DNA of 64,000 nucleotides from a virus (Duplodnaviria; Heunggongvirae; Uroviricota; Caudoviricetes): IMG/VR virus record IMGVR_UViG_3300010373_001364, positions 112,116 to 176,115 of that record; one strand, 5' to 3'. Shown piece by piece: positions 61,259 to 64,000 of this stretch (position 1 is its first letter; each line of letters starts with the position of its first letter). The notes under the pieces were generated by a model. It saw only the letters and a program-made list of their open reading frames with translations, ran no database searches and was not told where the DNA came from. The position numbers and the translations under genes were made by a program.

Positions 61259-61456
61259 TTGGCTCTGTGTCAGTTTGACACCGTGCGTGTCAGAACGCTG
61301 GAGGAGATTTACGAGGCAGCATATCAAACTCTGTGTGATATGGAGCCGGAATTTGGTAAACGTCTCCTTCCTGTGGACGAAATAGAGGAGATGGGTGTTG
61401 AGCCAGTCATCTCGTTAGCCCGTAAGGTGCATGAGGAGCGACTCAATGGCAACTGA
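61259..61456 (+). CDS. hypothetical acidic protein (start uncertain; TTG 61259, GTG 61283 or ATG 61337)
   Basis: Better composition than the overlapping 61137-61385 ORF. Stop overlaps the UDG start. Confidence 0.3.
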   Translation: MALCQFDTVRVRTLEEIYEAAYQTLCDMEPEFGKRLLPVDEIEEMGVEPVISLARKVHEERLNGN

Positions 61457-61994
61457 ACTAGAGGTTCTTCGACAAGAGGTGTGCGACTGTCAGCTTTGTC
61501 CTGAGTTGGTTGCCAGCCGCACCCAGACGGTGTTCGCTGATGGCAACCCCCAGGCGAAGTTGATGATTGTCGGCGAGGCTCCCGGTTACAACGAGGATAA
61601 GAAGGGCTTGCCCTTTGTCGGTGATGCCGGTGATCTTCTCAATAACATCCTCAAGGCTTGTGGCTGGACGCGACAGGATGTCTATATTGCAAACACAGTG
61701 AAATGCCGCCCGCCCGATAACCGCGAGCCGACCGACGATGAAAGTCGGAACTGCCGTGGATTTCTTGACCGGCAGATTGAGATCGTCAAGCCGAAGTGTC
61801 TGTTGCTTCTTGGTTCTGTTGCTAGTCGGGCACTTCTGGGCGGTTACGTTGGCTCCTTGCGGGGGCAGTGGCATGAGTATAAGGGCATACCTACTATTTG
61901 CACCTATCATCCAGCCTATCTTTTGAGGAACCCGGAAGAGAAGAAAAAGGTAGGTCAAGACCTTCGCATGTTGCTTGCGAAAATGAAATCTTGA
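61446..61994 (+). CDS. Uracil-DNA glycosylase, family 4 (phage/thermophile type)
   Basis: CQLCPEL...VFADGNPQAKLMIVGEAPGYNEDKKGLPFVGDAG and CRPPDNREPT are family-4 UDG motifs. Confidence 0.8.
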   Translation: MATELEVLRQEVCDCQLCPELVASRTQTVFADGNPQAKLMIVGEAPGYNEDKKGLPFVGDAGDLLNNILKACGWTRQDVYIANTVKCRPPDNREPTDDESRNCRGFLDRQIEIVKPKCLLLLGSVASRALLGGYVGSLRGQWHEYKGIPTICTYHPAYLLRNPEEKKKVGQDLRMLLAKMKS

Positions 61995-62019
61995 CTTCAG
62001 TAAAACTTCAATGTAGACT
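61991..62019 (+). promoter_or_regulatory. sigma70-like promoter (TTGACT-17-TAGACT)
   Basis: -35 overlaps the UDG stop codon. 37 nt upstream of the sigma-factor ATG. Confidence 0.4.
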
Positions 62020-62056
62020 CTATCTTACGAAGCACAGTTTTGTAAGAAGGAGCTAA

Positions 62057-62680
62057 ATGCCCGAAGGTGTCACTGAAGAACACATTGGTTTGGTATATCA
62101 TATCGCTCAGGAACTGGCTAATACGGATGAAGCTTGTATTCGCGCCTTCGGCAGGGACGTAAGGGAATATCTCGGTGAGGGCTTCCTGGCACTCCAGATA
62201 GCAAAGAAGAACTTTAAGCCGGAATTGGGTTGGAAGTTTTCAACCTATGCAAGTGAAGTGATTCGTGATCGCTTAGTCCAGGCGGCACGAAGATCCACCC
62301 TAATTAAGGTCAGCTACCAAGCTCGCTACCAAGCAAGCCGCGCCATCCAGGGTAAGGATGTCAAGCCGGGAGACGAGCAGAAGGTAAAAGACGCCCTTCG
62401 CGTGATGTGTAATGGCATCCTACCAATTACAGACTATGCCGCGAAGGGCGAGACTGATGATTCTCCTGCTTGGGAACTCCTTGAGGAACTCAACACCAGA
62501 CTCAATGAGTTGGATGATAGGACCAAAGCGGTCCTCGTCATGCGCTATGGGCTAGATGGTAATGAGCCTCTCACCCTTGAGGAAGTAGGTAAGAAGTTGG
62601 ACCCTCCCGTCACCCGCGAGAGGGTGCGACAAATAGAGAAAATAGGGTTAACCAAATTGCGAGAGGTTATTAACCTGTGA
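62057..62680 (+). CDS. RNA polymerase sigma factor, sigma-70 family (regions 2 and 4 only)
   Basis: Region 2.x FSTYASEVIRDRL. Region 4 LTLEEVGKKLDPPVTRERVRQIEKIGLTKLR. AAGAAGGAG RBS. Confidence 0.8.
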   Translation: MPEGVTEEHIGLVYHIAQELANTDEACIRAFGRDVREYLGEGFLALQIAKKNFKPELGWKFSTYASEVIRDRLVQAARRSTLIKVSYQARYQASRAIQGKDVKPGDEQKVKDALRVMCNGILPITDYAAKGETDDSPAWELLEELNTRLNELDDRTKAVLVMRYGLDGNEPLTLEEVGKKLDPPVTRERVRQIEKIGLTKLREVINL

Positions 62681-63303
62681 ATCCCCTAAAGCAACAAATT
62701 GTAGAGGGCAGTGAAGTCTTTGAAGTTCACATCACTGGTGATGAGTCGATTATCGCCGCTTGCGAGAAGTTGGGTTGTAGAACAATCACCATCGACCTTC
62801 TCAAGCCCGACAAGAGTGTCCTCAGAACAGAGTACATGACATCTTTGATAGTCCACATGGCTCCTGGTAGTGTTGCTGCCATGAGAGGATATGAGGGGTG
62901 CCGCAGTTTCGTATCGAAAATCTGCGGTGAACTTGAGAAGCTCGACGTGAAGATATTCCGCGTGAAGATCGAATCCCCGTATTACAAACATTACGAGGAC
63001 CAAAGTCTCTACATGGAAAGCCATTATGTCACGGAAGACAACAAGCACCCAATTAGTAGAAGCAGACACAAAACCACCTGTCTCGCCACCGAACGTACCT
63101 ATGACAAGTTGGATTACCAAGCCTTCCGGCAACGACACAAGGGGAGAGAAGTTGAGTTGTGTCTAATGGACACCTTCGTGACTGAGGACAAAGATTGGTT
63201 TGATTTGTACGCCGCTGAAAGAAAACTGTGCCACTGTGTAGGTTACACAGTGGCACCAGATTGTCCTGCTTGTGACGGTACGGGATTCATTACCGACGAT
63301 TGA
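62677..63303 (+). CDS. hypothetical protein with C-terminal CxxCxGxG zinc-finger motif
   Basis: GTGA-coupled to the sigma gene. C-terminus CHCVGYTVAPDCPACDGTGF. Confidence 0.5.
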   Translation: MNPLKQQIVEGSEVFEVHITGDESIIAACEKLGCRTITIDLLKPDKSVLRTEYMTSLIVHMAPGSVAAMRGYEGCRSFVSKICGELEKLDVKIFRVKIESPYYKHYEDQSLYMESHYVTEDNKHPISRSRHKTTCLATERTYDKLDYQAFRQRHKGREVELCLMDTFVTEDKDWFDLYAAERKLCHCVGYTVAPDCPACDGTGFITDD

Positions 63304-64000
63304 ACAACCACCCGTAGAGCTTGTTAGGCTCAGGCAGCGAACAGTCAAAGGTATCATCTGCGGTTTCAATATAGTCTGAAGGGAAGACAGTCAACACCCA
63401 ACCATCAGCGAGGCGGTTGAACTTATCCATGCTCCAGTCCTGAATCTGCAAAGCCTTGGGACCACAATTGTCTATCACCTTGACGATGCCAGCGGCTTCA
63501 TCATAGTGAACAAGGTTTAGCATGTGTCCTGGGATGCCAAGACCAACACCGAACTTCTTTTCACAGACGTACTTCTTGATGAACGATACTAACTGGCTGT
63601 GGCTTTGAACCTGCTTCCACTTAACGGTTGGATATTTAGAGGACAATACATGCCTGACTTCACCCGGTCCAGTAGCCCAGGTGTAGTGCTTGGTCAGTCT
63701 TCTGTCACCCTCATATAGTTCCTTGACCTTGTGGTGACGCCCAAGGCATTCAATACTACACCATACACACTGAGAACCAGACCTGTTGTAGACCCGGCAA
63801 CTTTTTGGAATCGGCACCTGTACACCAACACAATCCGGCTCCAATGGTGGGGGTGGTGGTGGTGGGGGTGGTGGGGGTGGTGGCGGAATAACAATTGGCG
63901 GCGATGCGGGCGGCGTGGGTACGATCACCAAGGCTCCCAGCATCATAAATCCGACAAGCCATGCAAAGAAAGACGCAAAGAACCATCCAGTTTTGTTCAT
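63290..64000 (-). CDS. membrane-anchored protein with poly-proline linker and Cys/His-containing C-terminal domain (possible papain-like peptidase)
   Basis: Minus strand. ATG is the reverse complement of the last 3 nt of the window. N-terminal TM FFASFFAWLVGFMMLGALVIV. Linker PPPPPPPPPPPPPPLEP. Domain contains SGSQCVWCS ... GHMLNLVHYDE. Confidence 0.5.
   Translation of the reverse strand: MNKTGWFFASFFAWLVGFMMLGALVIVPTPPASPPIVIPPPPPPPPPPPPPPLEPDCVGVQVPIPKSCRVYNRSGSQCVWCSIECLGRHHKVKELYEGDRRLTKHYTWATGPGEVRHVLSSKYPTVKWKQVQSHSQLVSFIKKYVCEKKFGVGLGIPGHMLNLVHYDEAAGIVKVIDNCGPKALQIQDWSMDKFNRLADGWVLTVFPSDYIETADDTFDCSLPEPNKLYGWLFNRR
63829..63900 (-). repeat. GGT/GGG trinucleotide-like run encoding poly-proline
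   Basis: + strand reads ggtgggggtggtggtggtgggggtggtgggggtggtggcgg. Confidence 0.4.

Noticed and set aside
1-64000. CRISPR arrays, tRNA genes, integrase or transposase genes, DGR reverse transcriptase
   Set aside because: No regular repeat-spacer structure. No tRNA T-loop/acceptor patterns seen in the few intergenic spaces. No recombinase or RT motifs among the ORFs. A full tRNAscan/Infernal run would be needed to exclude tRNAs hidden in coding regions.

Overview
Best read as a 64-kb segment of a large ('huge'/jumbo-type) tailed phage genome with the standard genetic code: TGA is a stop and many genes overlap by ATGA, GTGA or TAATG. About 110 short, tightly packed genes lie almost entirely on the + strand; five single genes are embedded on the minus strand. 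Four regions stand out. (i) 0.2-15 kb plus 20.8-27.6 kb and 31.6 kb carry an unusually rich nucleotide-sugar tailoring and glycosylation set: an ALS/YerE-like ThDP enzyme, split E1-alpha/E1-beta ThDP subunits, a B12-binding radical SAM enzyme, two SAM methyltransferases, two SDR epimerase/reductases (one clearly GDP-fucose-synthase-like), a DegT aminotransferase, a HAD phosphatase and four or five glycosyltransferases. (ii) Bacterial-type translation, chaperone and nucleotide genes are present: IF-3, SmpB, DnaJ, a sigma-70 family factor, PhoH, MazG, dCMP deaminase, RNase HI, UDG family 4, IscA and an HNH endonuclease. (iii) A structural block holds a T4 gp23-like capsid-family protein and a 957-aa glycine-rich repeat tail fibre that is followed, apparently in the same transcription unit, by a GS-like amidoligase and five unknown genes. 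(iv) Scattered protein-modification candidates include a MoxR-like AAA+ ATPase with a transglutaminase-like peptidase, two ImmA/IrrE (M78)-like metallopeptidases (one in a 744-aa multidomain protein), a YHGT-motif ADP-ribosyltransferase-like protein, a GGCT and an SPFH/flotillin-like protein. A GC-rich ~340-nt ORF-free interval that ends in a perfect intrinsic terminator (33.1-33.46 kb) is a candidate structured RNA; an extended -10 element sits at its left edge. Several sigma70-like promoters and strong intrinsic terminators delimit transcription units in the right half. All functional calls rest on motif recognition by eye; no database searches were run.
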